A DNA stretch of 40,069 nt from Cellvibrionales bacterium. GTDB taxonomy: Bacteria > Pseudomonadota > Gammaproteobacteria > Pseudomonadales > JAHEGP01. The DNA lies in contig JAHEGP010000003.1 in the NCBI GenBank assembly GCA_024645065.1, positions 1 to 40,069 of the forward strand, read 5' to 3'. Within the stretch, counting starts at the first letter, position 1. Every line of letters begins with the position of its first letter. A model generated the notes under the pieces. It did no database searches. It was not told where the DNA came from and saw only the letters and a list, made by a program, of their open reading frames with translations. Below, one piece after another: positions 28,742 through 38,289 of the stretch. The translations under genes were made by a program, and so were the position numbers.

Positions 28742-30016
28742 TTATGCCACTTTACCATCGACGACATTAGCAATAACGTCGAGCAGGCGTTGCAGTGATC
28801 CACGGTTTTGTTCTATCACTGAATACGCACGTTCACCCGCCTCCTGGCGATAAGCCGAACTCGCTAACAGTCTTACGATGGCGCTCTCGATATCCAGGGC
28901 ATTGGGGCATATCTGCAGCGCGCCGGCTTCCAGCATCAGGTCGGCGATTTCCTGAAAATTAAAAAGGTGGGGACCTGACAGCACCGGCATCGACCACAGT
29001 GCCGGCTCGAGTAAATTGTGACCACCCCTTGGTATCAGGCTACCGCCCACAAAGGCGATATCGGCAGCGCCGAACAAACCCAGCAAGTCCCCCATGGTGT
29101 CACCGATGACGACACCGGCATCAGCCCCCGGCATCGCTCCGGAACTGAGCCGATGGGGGACCAAACCAGCCTGGCTTACCAGCTCCACAGCCCTGTCGAA
29201 TCGCTCTGGGTGGCGCGGCACCAGAATCAGCAACAGCGCTGGATCATGCTGTAGCAAAGCCAAATGGGCCCGGAGGATGATTTCATCCTCTCCCTCGTGG
29301 GTACTAGCCGCAATCCAGCACAGCCGACCGCGACCCCAGGCCCGGCGCCAGGCGCTGGCTTTATCGCGATCAGCATCGTCCAGCTGCATGTCGAACTTGA
29401 TGTTGCCGGTAACCCTGGCTTTCTCAGGCGGCAGACCCAATGCTATAAAACGCTGGGCCTCGATTTCAGTCTGCACGGCAACGGCGCTCAACTGGTAGAG
29501 CATATTCCGGGTTAAATTCTCGACGCGCTGGTAGCCGTCCGCTGATTTTTTCGACAGCCTGGCGTTCGCCAGTATCACCGGCACCCCGGCGCTGTGACAG
29601 CTGTAGATCATATTCGGCCACAGCTCGGTTTCGATAATAACCAGCAGCGTGGGCTGGAAATGACGGATAAAACGCTGCATCACCCCAGGCAAATCATAGG
29701 GCGCATAGACGTGGCTAACCAGGCCACCCAGCAGCGCCCTGACCCGCTCGGCACCGGTAGGCGTGGTGGTGCTCACCACTATTGGCAAGTCGGGATAGAG
29801 CACCGCCAATTGCCTCACCAGGGGCACGCTGGCTATGGTTTCACCCACCGACACCGCATGTACCCAAATGCACCGCTGCAGCGCCGGCTGGTTATAGTAG
29901 CCAAAGCGCTGGCCAATACCATCGCGATAGGCTGGGGCCTTGATCGAGCGCCAGTACAAGCGCAACAGCAGCAATGGCTGCAACAGGTAAAACAGGAATG
30001 TATAGAGGATGCGCAC
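28742..30016 (-). CDS. waaA: 3-deoxy-D-manno-octulosonic acid (Kdo) transferase
   Basis: IWVHAVSVGE, APYD, ETELWPN, NARLS, GNIKFD, ASTHEGE, PRHPERF, GGHNLLEP; likely GTG start at 30016. Confidence 0.96.
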   Translation of the reverse strand: MRILYTFLFYLLQPLLLLRLYWRSIKAPAYRDGIGQRFGYYNQPALQRCIWVHAVSVGETIASVPLVRQLAVLYPDLPIVVSTTTPTGAERVRALLGGLVSHVYAPYDLPGVMQRFIRHFQPTLLVIIETELWPNMIYSCHSAGVPVILANARLSKKSADGYQRVENLTRNMLYQLSAVAVQTEIEAQRFIALGLPPEKARVTGNIKFDMQLDDADRDKASAWRRAWGRGRLCWIAASTHEGEDEIILRAHLALLQHDPALLLILVPRHPERFDRAVELVSQAGLVPHRLSSGAMPGADAGVVIGDTMGDLLGLFGAADIAFVGGSLIPRGGHNLLEPALWSMPVLSGPHLFNFQEIADLMLEAGALQICPNALDIESAIVRLLASSAYRQEAGERAYSVIEQNRGSLQRLLDVIANVVDGKVA

Positions 30017-30100
30017 GAAATAACCGGGCCCTTTAGCTTCATCGAAAGACACACGGTATACTACCGCGACTTACTCCTGCAAACGAGAGGCGCACGGCCG

Positions 30101-31312
30101 ATGCTCAACCCGGATGAAGAAAAGCTCGTCGAGGTCGATGTCGCTATTGTCGGCGCCGGAATTGCCGGCCTGTGGCTACTCAACCGTCTGCGAGGAGCCG
30201 GTTACTCGGCAGTACTGCTGGAGAAATCGGCCCTTGGCAGCAGCCAGACGATCGCCTCCCAGGGGATGATTCACGGTGGCTTGAAGTACGCCCTTGCCGG
30301 GACCCTTACCGGAGCTTTCGAGTCGATCAAGTTGATGCCTCAGCTGTGGCAGCAGTGCCTCGACGGCAACGGTGAGATCGACTTGCGAGCCACCAGAAAA
30401 TTATCGGACGACTTCATCATGTGGTCCGCCGGCAGTGTCGGCTCAAAGCTGGTTTCCTTCTTCGCCAGTAAATCACTTCGGGGCCGGGTCGAGAAACTCA
30501 AGCGCGAGGACTTTCCACCACCTTTTGCCAACTCCCCCTACAAAGGCACTATCTACCGCCTGGTCGATGTGGTGCTCGATGTACCGTCATTGCTGGAAAA
30601 CCTGTCTGCTCCCCATATGCCGGCAATTGCCAAAACTGAACAGTTGGATTGGCGCACGGGCGAGCAGGAAGTCGAGCAGCTGGTCTGTGACAACGGGGTG
30701 GCGATACGGGCGCGGCGCTACGTCATCACCGCCGGGGAAGGAACCGGCGCAATCCTCAGCGCGCTCAACATTCAACAACCCGAGATGCAGATTCGCCCGC
30801 TGCACCAGGTGATGGTAAAACACAAACTGCCTTACAGCCTCTACGGGCACTGTATCGGCGCCCAGACTTCGGCATCACCGCGCCTTACCGTCTCCACCCA
30901 CCCTTGCCGGGATGGCGATCCGGTCTGGTACCTTGGCGGTGACCTGGCCAACGATAGTATCGACTGGTCGAGCGACAGGCTGATCGACCACGCCCGCAAG
31001 GAGCTGGCCGATATTTTTCCATGGCTGGACTTCAGCGGCGCGCAGTGGGCGACCACCCTGATTAACCGCGCTGAACCGAAGCAGGAGCAGTTGATCAAAC
31101 CCGATACCGCATTTTCCAGCGGGACCGATGCCCGGCAAAATGTCGTTGTTGCCTGGCCCACCAAGTTGAGCCTGGCTCCCGATCTCGCGCAGCAGGTGCT
31201 CACCTTACTGCAGGACCAAATCCAGCCCGGTCCGGCGCGACACTTCGAGCAACTCTCTGCGCTGCCAAAACCACCGATTGCAACCCCGCTGTGGGATGAG
31301 GTTTGGGGTTAG
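30101..31312 (+). CDS. FAD-dependent oxidoreductase of unknown function
   Basis: ATG 30101; Rossmann VAIVGAGIAG; QTIASQGMIHGGLKY; RAEP; WPTKL. Confidence 0.85.
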   Translation: MLNPDEEKLVEVDVAIVGAGIAGLWLLNRLRGAGYSAVLLEKSALGSSQTIASQGMIHGGLKYALAGTLTGAFESIKLMPQLWQQCLDGNGEIDLRATRKLSDDFIMWSAGSVGSKLVSFFASKSLRGRVEKLKREDFPPPFANSPYKGTIYRLVDVVLDVPSLLENLSAPHMPAIAKTEQLDWRTGEQEVEQLVCDNGVAIRARRYVITAGEGTGAILSALNIQQPEMQIRPLHQVMVKHKLPYSLYGHCIGAQTSASPRLTVSTHPCRDGDPVWYLGGDLANDSIDWSSDRLIDHARKELADIFPWLDFSGAQWATTLINRAEPKQEQLIKPDTAFSSGTDARQNVVVAWPTKLSLAPDLAQQVLTLLQDQIQPGPARHFEQLSALPKPPIATPLWDEVWG

Positions 31313-31315
31313 GCA

Positions 31316-32107
31316 GTGGAATTGCGGCAAGTCGGTGATACCGGCGTATGGGTATCGGCACTGGGCCTTGGCACGGTAAAGCTGGGCCGCGACCAGGGGG
31401 TCAAGTACCCCAACCGGTTCACGATTCCCGACGACCGGCAGGCCAGCGCCCTGTTGACCAGGGCCCGACAACTGGGCATCAACCTGATTGATACCGCTCC
31501 CGCCTACGGTAATAGCGAACAACGCCTCGGTGAATTGCTCGCCAGGCAACGGCGTGACTGGGTCATCTGTACCAAGGTAGGTGAGGAATTCGAACAGGGG
31601 AAATCGCGCTACGATTTCACCCCGGAGCACATTCGCAACAGCGTTGAACGCAGCCTCAAGCGAATCCAAACCGATTATCTCGATCTGGTAATGGTCCATT
31701 CCAGTGGCGATGACGAGGCCATCCTGCAGCGACACGATCCTCTCGGGGTGTTGGCCGAAATGAAACGCCGGGGCATGATACGCGCCTTTGGTATGTCCAC
31801 GAAGACCGTCAGTGGCGGCATTCTGGCTGCATCACGTTCAGACTGTGTAATGGTCACCTACAACCTGGACTACCGCGATGAGCAGCCCGTGCTGGACTAT
31901 TGCTCGTCCCACAACAAGGGCGTTCTGATCAAAAAAGCCCTCGGCAGTGGCCACTTGAGTCGCGACCTGGAGGATCCGGTAACGGCGAATCTGGACTTTA
32001 TCCTGCGCCACCCGGCGGTGACATCTATTGTCCTCGGCACCATCAACCAGGATCACCTCGCCAATAACGTCGCCATTTGCAACGCCCTGCTGTCGAGCCA
32101 GCTATAA
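31316..32107 (+). CDS. Aldo/keto reductase
   Basis: VSALGLGTVK, IDTAPAYGNSE, CTKVGE, SLKRIQTDYLD. Confidence 0.9.
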   Translation: MELRQVGDTGVWVSALGLGTVKLGRDQGVKYPNRFTIPDDRQASALLTRARQLGINLIDTAPAYGNSEQRLGELLARQRRDWVICTKVGEEFEQGKSRYDFTPEHIRNSVERSLKRIQTDYLDLVMVHSSGDDEAILQRHDPLGVLAEMKRRGMIRAFGMSTKTVSGGILAASRSDCVMVTYNLDYRDEQPVLDYCSSHNKGVLIKKALGSGHLSRDLEDPVTANLDFILRHPAVTSIVLGTINQDHLANNVAICNALLSSQL

Positions 32108-32127
32108 GCCGCGACCAGCGGCGCCAT

Positions 32128-33270
32128 TCATCGATTCGCGGCCAGCTCAGGCACCAGCTTGAGGTAGGACAAAGCCACCGCCTCAGGCTCCAGCAGCGAT
32201 AGCACCCCGTCACGCAGCGCTGGCTCGACGGGCTGCGACACCCTCTCGACCAGGCCCTGGGCCAGGCGCCTGGTGAAAGTCGCCTGGGGCTCGATCGCAA
32301 CCAGCGCCGAAGGCTGAAAGAATTCCAGCGCTCCTGGATAAGCGCTGACCAGAAACGGGGTGCCCAGCACCGCGGCCTCGAGACAGACGTAGCCCATGGC
32401 CTCGGATTTTGAGGGCAACACCAATAACTGCGCCTGCTCCATGTAAGGATAGGGATTCGCCTGGAAGCCGACAAATTGCACCCTGTGAGCCACACCAAGG
32501 GCAACGGCCCGCTGTTCCAGCTGAGCCTGCTCCCGACCTCGGCCGACATACCAGAGCTGGAGCTGCAAGCCACTTTCAGCGTAGGCTTCGAGTAATTCGA
32601 ACACACCTTTGCTGCGATCGAGCTTGCCGACGTAGACGATATAATCGCCGACGGGAGTATAGGCCGCCGCGAGCCGCCTGATCCCGGCGACGTCGAGGGG
32701 ATTGTACAGAACATCGCTAACGCTCAGTCCTAGCTGATGCGCATCGTCAGCAACCGCACTCGATACGGCCGCCAGCCGATATCCCGCCGCTGCCCTGTCA
32801 CGCAGGCGAGAATTCTGCTGCCAGGTCGCCGACAGGGTTTGATGAATGACCGCCAGCACGGGTTGTTGCCTGAAGTAGCTTGGTACATCGCAGGTGAAGT
32901 CCTTTACCACCAGGTCGAGCCTATCCTGCCAGCCCAGGCTCGCCAGGGCTTTGGCCACTCGCTGGTTAATCACCTGGTCAGAGCGTGAGGCAAACCAGGC
33001 CGGAAACAGCTTGTGCAGCTGCAATAGCCGACTGATTCGCAGTAGCGGGTGACTGCGGGCGCGCCCGGTGTATATCACGGAATAGTCCGGCGGTATCGCA
33101 ACCTCACCGGGATCGCCCAGCACGATATGACTGACCGGACAGCCCACCCGCCGCAATGCACCCTGCAGGGCAAGAATCCAGGAGCTGGAACCTGAAAGAC
33201 GCAGGCTACCCGACACCAGCAGCACCCGGTAACTGGCAAATCGAGGACTCCCGGCGCCACCGCCAGCCAT
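32128..33270 (-). CDS. GT4-family glycosyltransferase (LPS core associated)
   Basis: VGKLDRSKG, GFQANPYPYM, EX7E motif EAMGYVCLE; TGATG coupling to waaC. Confidence 0.85.
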   Translation of the reverse strand: MAGGGAGSPRFASYRVLLVSGSLRLSGSSSWILALQGALRRVGCPVSHIVLGDPGEVAIPPDYSVIYTGRARSHPLLRISRLLQLHKLFPAWFASRSDQVINQRVAKALASLGWQDRLDLVVKDFTCDVPSYFRQQPVLAVIHQTLSATWQQNSRLRDRAAAGYRLAAVSSAVADDAHQLGLSVSDVLYNPLDVAGIRRLAAAYTPVGDYIVYVGKLDRSKGVFELLEAYAESGLQLQLWYVGRGREQAQLEQRAVALGVAHRVQFVGFQANPYPYMEQAQLLVLPSKSEAMGYVCLEAAVLGTPFLVSAYPGALEFFQPSALVAIEPQATFTRRLAQGLVERVSQPVEPALRDGVLSLLEPEAVALSYLKLVPELAANR

Positions 33271-34322
33271 CAGCCCGATCCCGCTGACGCCAGCCCCTGC
33301 TGGGCACAGAGACTCGCCCAGACCTGCTGCGCGGTAACGGTCTTCAGGCACTGGGCCTCAGGCCCGCTGTAGTCGGCCGTGGCGCACTGTCGCTTGTAAC
33401 AGGGAACACAGGGGTAACCACCAGCCACCAAATGCGTTGCATAGGGCCCGCTGGCGCCGATGAGATTCGGGTCGGTCGGCCCGTACACCGCAACCACGGG
33501 GGTATCGAGGCAGGCCGCGATATGGGCAAGACCGGTATCATTGCAAACCGCGCCGGCACTACCCCGCATCAGGGATGCCAGATCCGTCAATGGCAACCTG
33601 GGTAAAACCTCGCAGTGCGCGAAAGGGGCAGCCAGGTCTAGCGCCTGTTGCTGTTCGGCAGCCGATCCCCAGGGTAGTAGCACCCGATAGCCGCAGTCAC
33701 CTGCCAACGCCAACAGGCTGGCCCAGTGGCTGTCGGGCCAGCGCTTGTTGCTCCAACTGGCATTGGTAACGCAAATCAGGTAGGGCTCTGGCGGAACCGC
33801 AAAGTCGGGTTCGGGCCACTGCCTGTCGGCCAGGCCGAAATCAATCGCAGTGTCGGGCATTGGATAGTCCAAAACCCGGGAATACATTTCCCGCCAACGC
33901 CAGATCGCCAACTGCCTGGTATTCACCGGGAAACGGTGGTGGTAGGCAAGATGAGCGCCCCGCTCACGCACGGAGTGCTTGTCGGGTCCGTATTTTTCGC
34001 CCCTTGCCAGTGCAGTCACTACCGCGCTTTTGATATTGGTCTGGGAGTCGATAACCCGGTCGTAACGGGTCGCACGCAGCCGCTTCAGAAAGTGTGGCAC
34101 TTCAGCGTTGCGCCAGTAATGCAGGGGTTGCTTGCGCCAGCGCCGATGCGCGCTAATGATGGTATTGGCAACAGCCGGGTGCCACCCCGGGATTTCGGCA
34201 AAGGCTTCATCCACGACCCAGTCGAACTGCGCCTCGGGTAGCGCCCGGCTGGCATCCGTCAGTGCCGGCAAGGCCTGGATCAAATCACCCATGGAGCTGA
34301 GTTTTACAATCAGGACCCGCAT
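33270..34322 (-). CDS. waaC: Lipopolysaccharide heptosyltransferase I
   Basis: MRVLIVKLSSMGDLI..PALTDA, DWVVDEAFAEIPGWHPAV, LPWG, DTGLAHIAA, YGPTDP. Confidence 0.92.
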   Translation of the reverse strand: MRVLIVKLSSMGDLIQALPALTDASRALPEAQFDWVVDEAFAEIPGWHPAVANTIISAHRRWRKQPLHYWRNAEVPHFLKRLRATRYDRVIDSQTNIKSAVVTALARGEKYGPDKHSVRERGAHLAYHHRFPVNTRQLAIWRWREMYSRVLDYPMPDTAIDFGLADRQWPEPDFAVPPEPYLICVTNASWSNKRWPDSHWASLLALAGDCGYRVLLPWGSAAEQQQALDLAAPFAHCEVLPRLPLTDLASLMRGSAGAVCNDTGLAHIAACLDTPVVAVYGPTDPNLIGASGPYATHLVAGGYPCVPCYKRQCATADYSGPEAQCLKTVTAQQVWASLCAQQGLASAGSG

Positions 34323-34380
34323 TGCATGTGACCGCAGGTCGATACTGTAGTATGTGCGGGGGCCGAGGTTCGCATCCGCC

Positions 34381-35805
34381 CTAGCGCTGCTTGATCTTCT
34401 CGACAATCGCAGTGGTCGAGCAGTCGTCGAGAAACTCCAATGCTGCCACCTCACCGCCGTAGGATTCTACGATCTCCCAGCCGACCACCTCTTCTTTCCC
34501 GTAGTCGCCGCCCTTTACCAGGAGGTCCGGTTGCAGCAGGCTCAGGAGTCGCTCCGGCGTGCTGTCGTTAAAGCTCACCACCCAGTCGACAGCTTCCAGC
34601 CCTGCCAATACCGCCATGCGGCGTTCGAGCGGGTTGATGGGTCGGCCCGGCCCTTTCAACCGGCTTACCGACGCGTCGCTATTCACGGCCACCACCAGGC
34701 GATCTCCCCTGGCCCTGGCCTGCTCCAGGTAGCCGACATGGCCGGCATGAATGATATCGAAGCAGCCGTTGGTAAAGACGATTTTTTCACCATGGGCTCG
34801 GGCATCCTGCAGCGCCACCACCAATTGCTCCTCGCTCATTATGCCGCGCTCGGAGCCCTCCTCACGCATCAGTGCCCGCCGCAATTCGGGGCCGCTGACT
34901 GTCGCCGTTCCCAGTTTGCCCACCACAATGCCGCCCGCCAGATTGGCCAGCGCAACAGCGTTGGCAAAGGACTCACCGGCGGCAACGCTCGCCGCCAATA
35001 CCGAGATCACGGTGTCGCCGGCGCCGGTAACATCAAAAACTTCTTTAGCCCTGGCAGGCAAATGCAGGGCAATCGCATCGGGGCGAAGCAGAGTCATACC
35101 CTGCTCCCCACGGGTCACCAGCAGTGCTTTCAGCGACAGCTCGGCCAACAGTTGGCGACCCTTGAGAACCAGCTCGGCCTCCGACTCGCAATGCCCTGCC
35201 ACGGCCTCGAACTCATGCAGGTTGGGGGTTAACAGGGTAGCGCCCCGGTAGCGCTGGAAGTCGGTACCCTTGGGATCGACAAAAACCGGCACATTATATT
35301 CCCGCGCCAGCTGGATCAAGGGCTGTGGATCGACCAGCGCGCCCTTGGCGTAGTCTGACAAAATAATGGCGCCCATGGGCTCAATCATTGCCAATGCCCT
35401 CTCGGTCATGGCACTGGCATCATCGGCGCTGAACGCGTCCTCAAAATCCAGTCGCAACAACTGCTGCTGGCGACTGATCACCCGCAGTTTGGTTATGGTC
35501 GGATGCTGGTCAGACACCAGGAAATCACAGTATACGCGCGCCGCCCGCAGGCGTTCTGCCAGGGCCGAGCCCGCTTCATCAGCGCCGGTAATACCGACCA
35601 GAGTCACCCCTGCCCCCAGGGCTGCGATATTCAGGGCAACGTTGCCTGCCCCACCCGGGCGATCCTCGATCTGGGTGACCTTCACCACCGGTACCGGCGC
35701 CTCGGGGGATATCCTGGAGGTCGGGCCATACCAATAGCGGTCCAGCATGATATCGCCCACAACCAGAATCTGGGCACGATCAAAGTGAGGCATGGTCAAC
35801 AGCAT
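34381..35805 (-). CDS. hldE: Bifunctional D-glycero-beta-D-manno-heptose-7-phosphate kinase / 1-phosphate adenylyltransferase
   Basis: [49 protein letters not shown]. Confidence 0.97.
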   Translation of the reverse strand: MLLTMPHFDRAQILVVGDIMLDRYWYGPTSRISPEAPVPVVKVTQIEDRPGGAGNVALNIAALGAGVTLVGITGADEAGSALAERLRAARVYCDFLVSDQHPTITKLRVISRQQQLLRLDFEDAFSADDASAMTERALAMIEPMGAIILSDYAKGALVDPQPLIQLAREYNVPVFVDPKGTDFQRYRGATLLTPNLHEFEAVAGHCESEAELVLKGRQLLAELSLKALLVTRGEQGMTLLRPDAIALHLPARAKEVFDVTGAGDTVISVLAASVAAGESFANAVALANLAGGIVVGKLGTATVSGPELRRALMREEGSERGIMSEEQLVVALQDARAHGEKIVFTNGCFDIIHAGHVGYLEQARARGDRLVVAVNSDASVSRLKGPGRPINPLERRMAVLAGLEAVDWVVSFNDSTPERLLSLLQPDLLVKGGDYGKEEVVGWEIVESYGGEVAALEFLDDCSTTAIVEKIKQR

Positions 35806-35935
35806 GGCTTATCCGGGCTCCGGGATCGCTGACGATTAACGGGACGCTGGGCATCATACCACAAACTCCTGTTTGCCCCGCTGATGCTTATTGGCTATGG
35901 TGCTGGCGCTGCCAGGTCGACAGGAGACACGCAGG

Positions 35936-36547
35936 GTGAAGCTGCCGTTGGATATGACACAGGTAAAGGGGTTTCTTGCCGAAGACGAGGGCATGGCATT
36001 GTACGAGGCGGCCCGGGTGGCAGCCAGCCTGGGTCCAGTGCTCGAAATTGGCAGCTACTGCGGTAAATCGACGATTTACCTCGGCCTCGCCTGTCAGGCC
36101 ATGCAGTCGACCCTGTATGCAGTTGACCATCACGCCGGTTCCGAGGAACACCAGCCGGGCGAAATGTTCCACGACCCCGGCCTGTTCGATAGCGACAGCG
36201 CCCGGATGGACAGCTTCAAAACGTTTCGCCGCAATATCAATGCAGCAGGACTCAGTGACACCGTGGTACCACTGGTCGCACCGTCGAGCCTCGTGGCGCG
36301 TGACTGGCGAACCCCTCTGGGGATGGTATTCATTGACGGGGGGCACAGCCTTGACGCAGCCCTGGAGGACTACCGCGGCTGGAGCGGCCATCTCGTACGT
36401 GGCGGGATACTGGCGATACACGACCTGTTTCCCAACCCCGCTGAGGGTGGTCAAGCGCCCTATACCATCTACCAACTGGCGCTGGCGTCAGGTCTCTTTG
36501 AACCGTTGCGACAGGTCTGCACCCTCGGCTTGTTGCAGCGGCGGTAA
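35936..36547 (+). CDS. Methyltransf_24-family O-methyltransferase resembling mycobacterial MeT1 (MMP 1-O-methyltransferase)
   Basis: GTG 35936 after AGGAG; KGFL..DEG..LY, EIGSYCGKST, VDHHAGSEEHQPG..HDP, WRTPL..FIDGGH, IHDLFPNPAEGGQAP match the MeT1 motifs as I recall them. Confidence 0.8.
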   Translation: MKLPLDMTQVKGFLAEDEGMALYEAARVAASLGPVLEIGSYCGKSTIYLGLACQAMQSTLYAVDHHAGSEEHQPGEMFHDPGLFDSDSARMDSFKTFRRNINAAGLSDTVVPLVAPSSLVARDWRTPLGMVFIDGGHSLDAALEDYRGWSGHLVRGGILAIHDLFPNPAEGGQAPYTIYQLALASGLFEPLRQVCTLGLLQRR

Positions 36548-37576
36548 CAGCTTCACCTGGGTAAACAAGCGTGACGCCGGGGTGTGCAGCGTAAGGGCAT
36601 CCGCCGCCAGCAATATCGCTGCCGAGGTCCAGGTGGGCCGTTCATCGGGCCACATAACATCCTCGATAAACTGGTAACCCGTCCAGTACGCGCCCCCTTC
36701 ATGGCGCCATTGGTGCAGCCAGCTGTACAGGATCACTGCTCGCGCGTGATCCCCGGCAGCCAATAGGGCCATGGTCAATTCACAGGATTCAGCCACCGTG
36801 ACCCAGGGCTCATCGCTGGTACAGCGCACGCCCATTCCTTCCTCGACAAACAGCTCCCAACGCTGCTGCAATCGAGCCCTTGCCGGCCCCCGGGTATAAA
36901 CTCCGCACAACACGGGATAGAACCAATCCATGGAATAGCGCGCCTTGCTCGCCCAGGTGCGATCGAACCGCTCCGGCTTGTTGCGCAGGGCATTGCCCAG
37001 CGCCTCGCGAGCCACCAGCCAATGAGGGCGGTGCTGTCCTACAGTTACCGCAATATTGTGGGCGCACTCGAGGCTCTTGAAAATAGAGCTGCAGCCGGTA
37101 ATCAGGGCGTCTTCCCGCGGTGTGCCGCAGGCTTCGACCGCCCAGTGAATCTCACCGTGCTCAGTCTGGAGGCGCAACACAAACTCGATTGCATTCTCCA
37201 CCGTGGGCCACATCGAGCGTAAAAAAACCTCGTCGCCGCTGATCAGGTAGTGGTGCCAAACGCCCACCGCCACATAGGCGACAAAATTGGATTCCCTGCG
37301 ATCGGTATTTTCCACCTCGCCCTGGATGTAGGCAGCCCACCAGCTGCCATCCTCGAGCTGATTATCCTGCAGCCAGCGATAGGCACGCACCGCTGCGACG
37401 TGCTCACCGCCAATGCTCAATCCCATCGCTGCCTCAACATGGTCCCAGGGATCAAGGTGTCCGCCATGAAACCAGGGTATCGCGCCGGAATCTTCCTGGC
37501 TGCGAACGATAAACTCAAGCGTGGGCCGCAGGTAGTCCTTGGGGAAGAGTCCCTGGGAAAGATATAAACCACTCAT
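36488..37576 (-). CDS. (alpha/alpha)-barrel protein usually annotated 'prenyltransferase/squalene oxidase repeat'; resembles mycobacterial MmpH (MMP hydrolase)
   Basis: Q..SGAIPW..GGHLDPWDHVEAAMGL, QLEDGSW, ESNFVAYVAVGVWHH, RYSMDWFYPVL, PWVTVAESCE, GAYWTG, WP.ERPTWT. Confidence 0.75.
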   Translation of the reverse strand: MSGLYLSQGLFPKDYLRPTLEFIVRSQEDSGAIPWFHGGHLDPWDHVEAAMGLSIGGEHVAAVRAYRWLQDNQLEDGSWWAAYIQGEVENTDRRESNFVAYVAVGVWHHYLISGDEVFLRSMWPTVENAIEFVLRLQTEHGEIHWAVEACGTPREDALITGCSSIFKSLECAHNIAVTVGQHRPHWLVAREALGNALRNKPERFDRTWASKARYSMDWFYPVLCGVYTRGPARARLQQRWELFVEEGMGVRCTSDEPWVTVAESCELTMALLAAGDHARAVILYSWLHQWRHEGGAYWTGYQFIEDVMWPDERPTWTSAAILLAADALTLHTPASRLFTQVKLLPPLQQAEGADLSQRFKET

Positions 37577-38289
37577 GCGGCTCTCTCCTTGTGAAAGTAC
37601 ATGACCACGCTCTTGCCCATGATGGGGTTGAGCACTTTCTCTGTGGTTTGCGTCAGCCAGGGCTGATCAAGGATGTCCCAGACCAGTAGCCGATGGTACA
37701 TCTTGATAATGGGGTTGCTATACTGGGTATTCCAGAACGCGCACCTAAGCCACCAGAACGGTGTGTGAAGGGCGTGGGCCCAATGCCGGTAATAGTAGCG
37801 AAATCCGCAGGACTCAATATCCAGGCGCAACTCATCGGCATTGAAAATACGCAAGTGCCCGCCCTCGCAATCATGATACTCACGACTGAAAGCCCAGCAG
37901 ATTTGTTCTGGCCATGAGCGCGGCACGCTGGCACAAAACGCGCCGCCGGGTTTCAAAACCCGCTCGATTTCCGCCAACACACCGCGCCAATCGTCGATGT
38001 GCTCCAGCACCTCAGAACAGATGACCTTGTCGAAGGTATTGTCGGCAAACGGCAAATTCAGGGCATTGGCGCAGGAAAGTGCAAAACCCGCCTCGCGGGA
38101 TGCATGGGGTGCCAGCGGCGCAAATTTTTCAATCGTGGTTTTGAGGTCTTCGATATTCAGGTCGATACCAAAGGCGTGGACATCTTTATCCATGTGCGCG
38201 GTGATGGTATGGCGGCCCTCACCGCAGCCCAGGTCAAGCACATAGTCACCGGGCAGCAAACCAAGCCGGCTGTAGTCAACTGTTCTCAT
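37573..38289 (-). CDS. Class I SAM-dependent methyltransferase (Methyltransf_11) resembling the OrfD putative 3-O-methyltransferase of MMP clusters
   Basis: MRTVDYSRLGL, VLDLGCGEGRH, LPFADNTFDKVICSEVLEHI, PEQICW..S.EYH..EGGH.RIF, HALHTPFWWLRC, GKSVVMY; ATGA overlap with the downstream gene. Confidence 0.8.
   Translation of the reverse strand: MRTVDYSRLGLLPGDYVLDLGCGEGRHTITAHMDKDVHAFGIDLNIEDLKTTIEKFAPLAPHASREAGFALSCANALNLPFADNTFDKVICSEVLEHIDDWRGVLAEIERVLKPGGAFCASVPRSWPEQICWAFSREYHDCEGGHLRIFNADELRLDIESCGFRYYYRHWAHALHTPFWWLRCAFWNTQYSNPIIKMYHRLLVWDILDQPWLTQTTEKVLNPIMGKSVVMYFHKERAA

Noticed and set aside
29594-30100. Long N-terminal extensions in the ORF track (FAD oxidoreductase; likewise parE, yqiB, waaC, cmoA, PPOX)
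   Set aside because: They overlap neighbouring genes or precede the conserved domain start; downstream starts fit better.
36488-37576. Terpene or hopanoid biosynthesis reading of the 'squalene oxidase repeat' gene
   Set aside because: Only 362 aa, no DxDD motif, and no isoprenoid genes nearby; the context is glycan-related.
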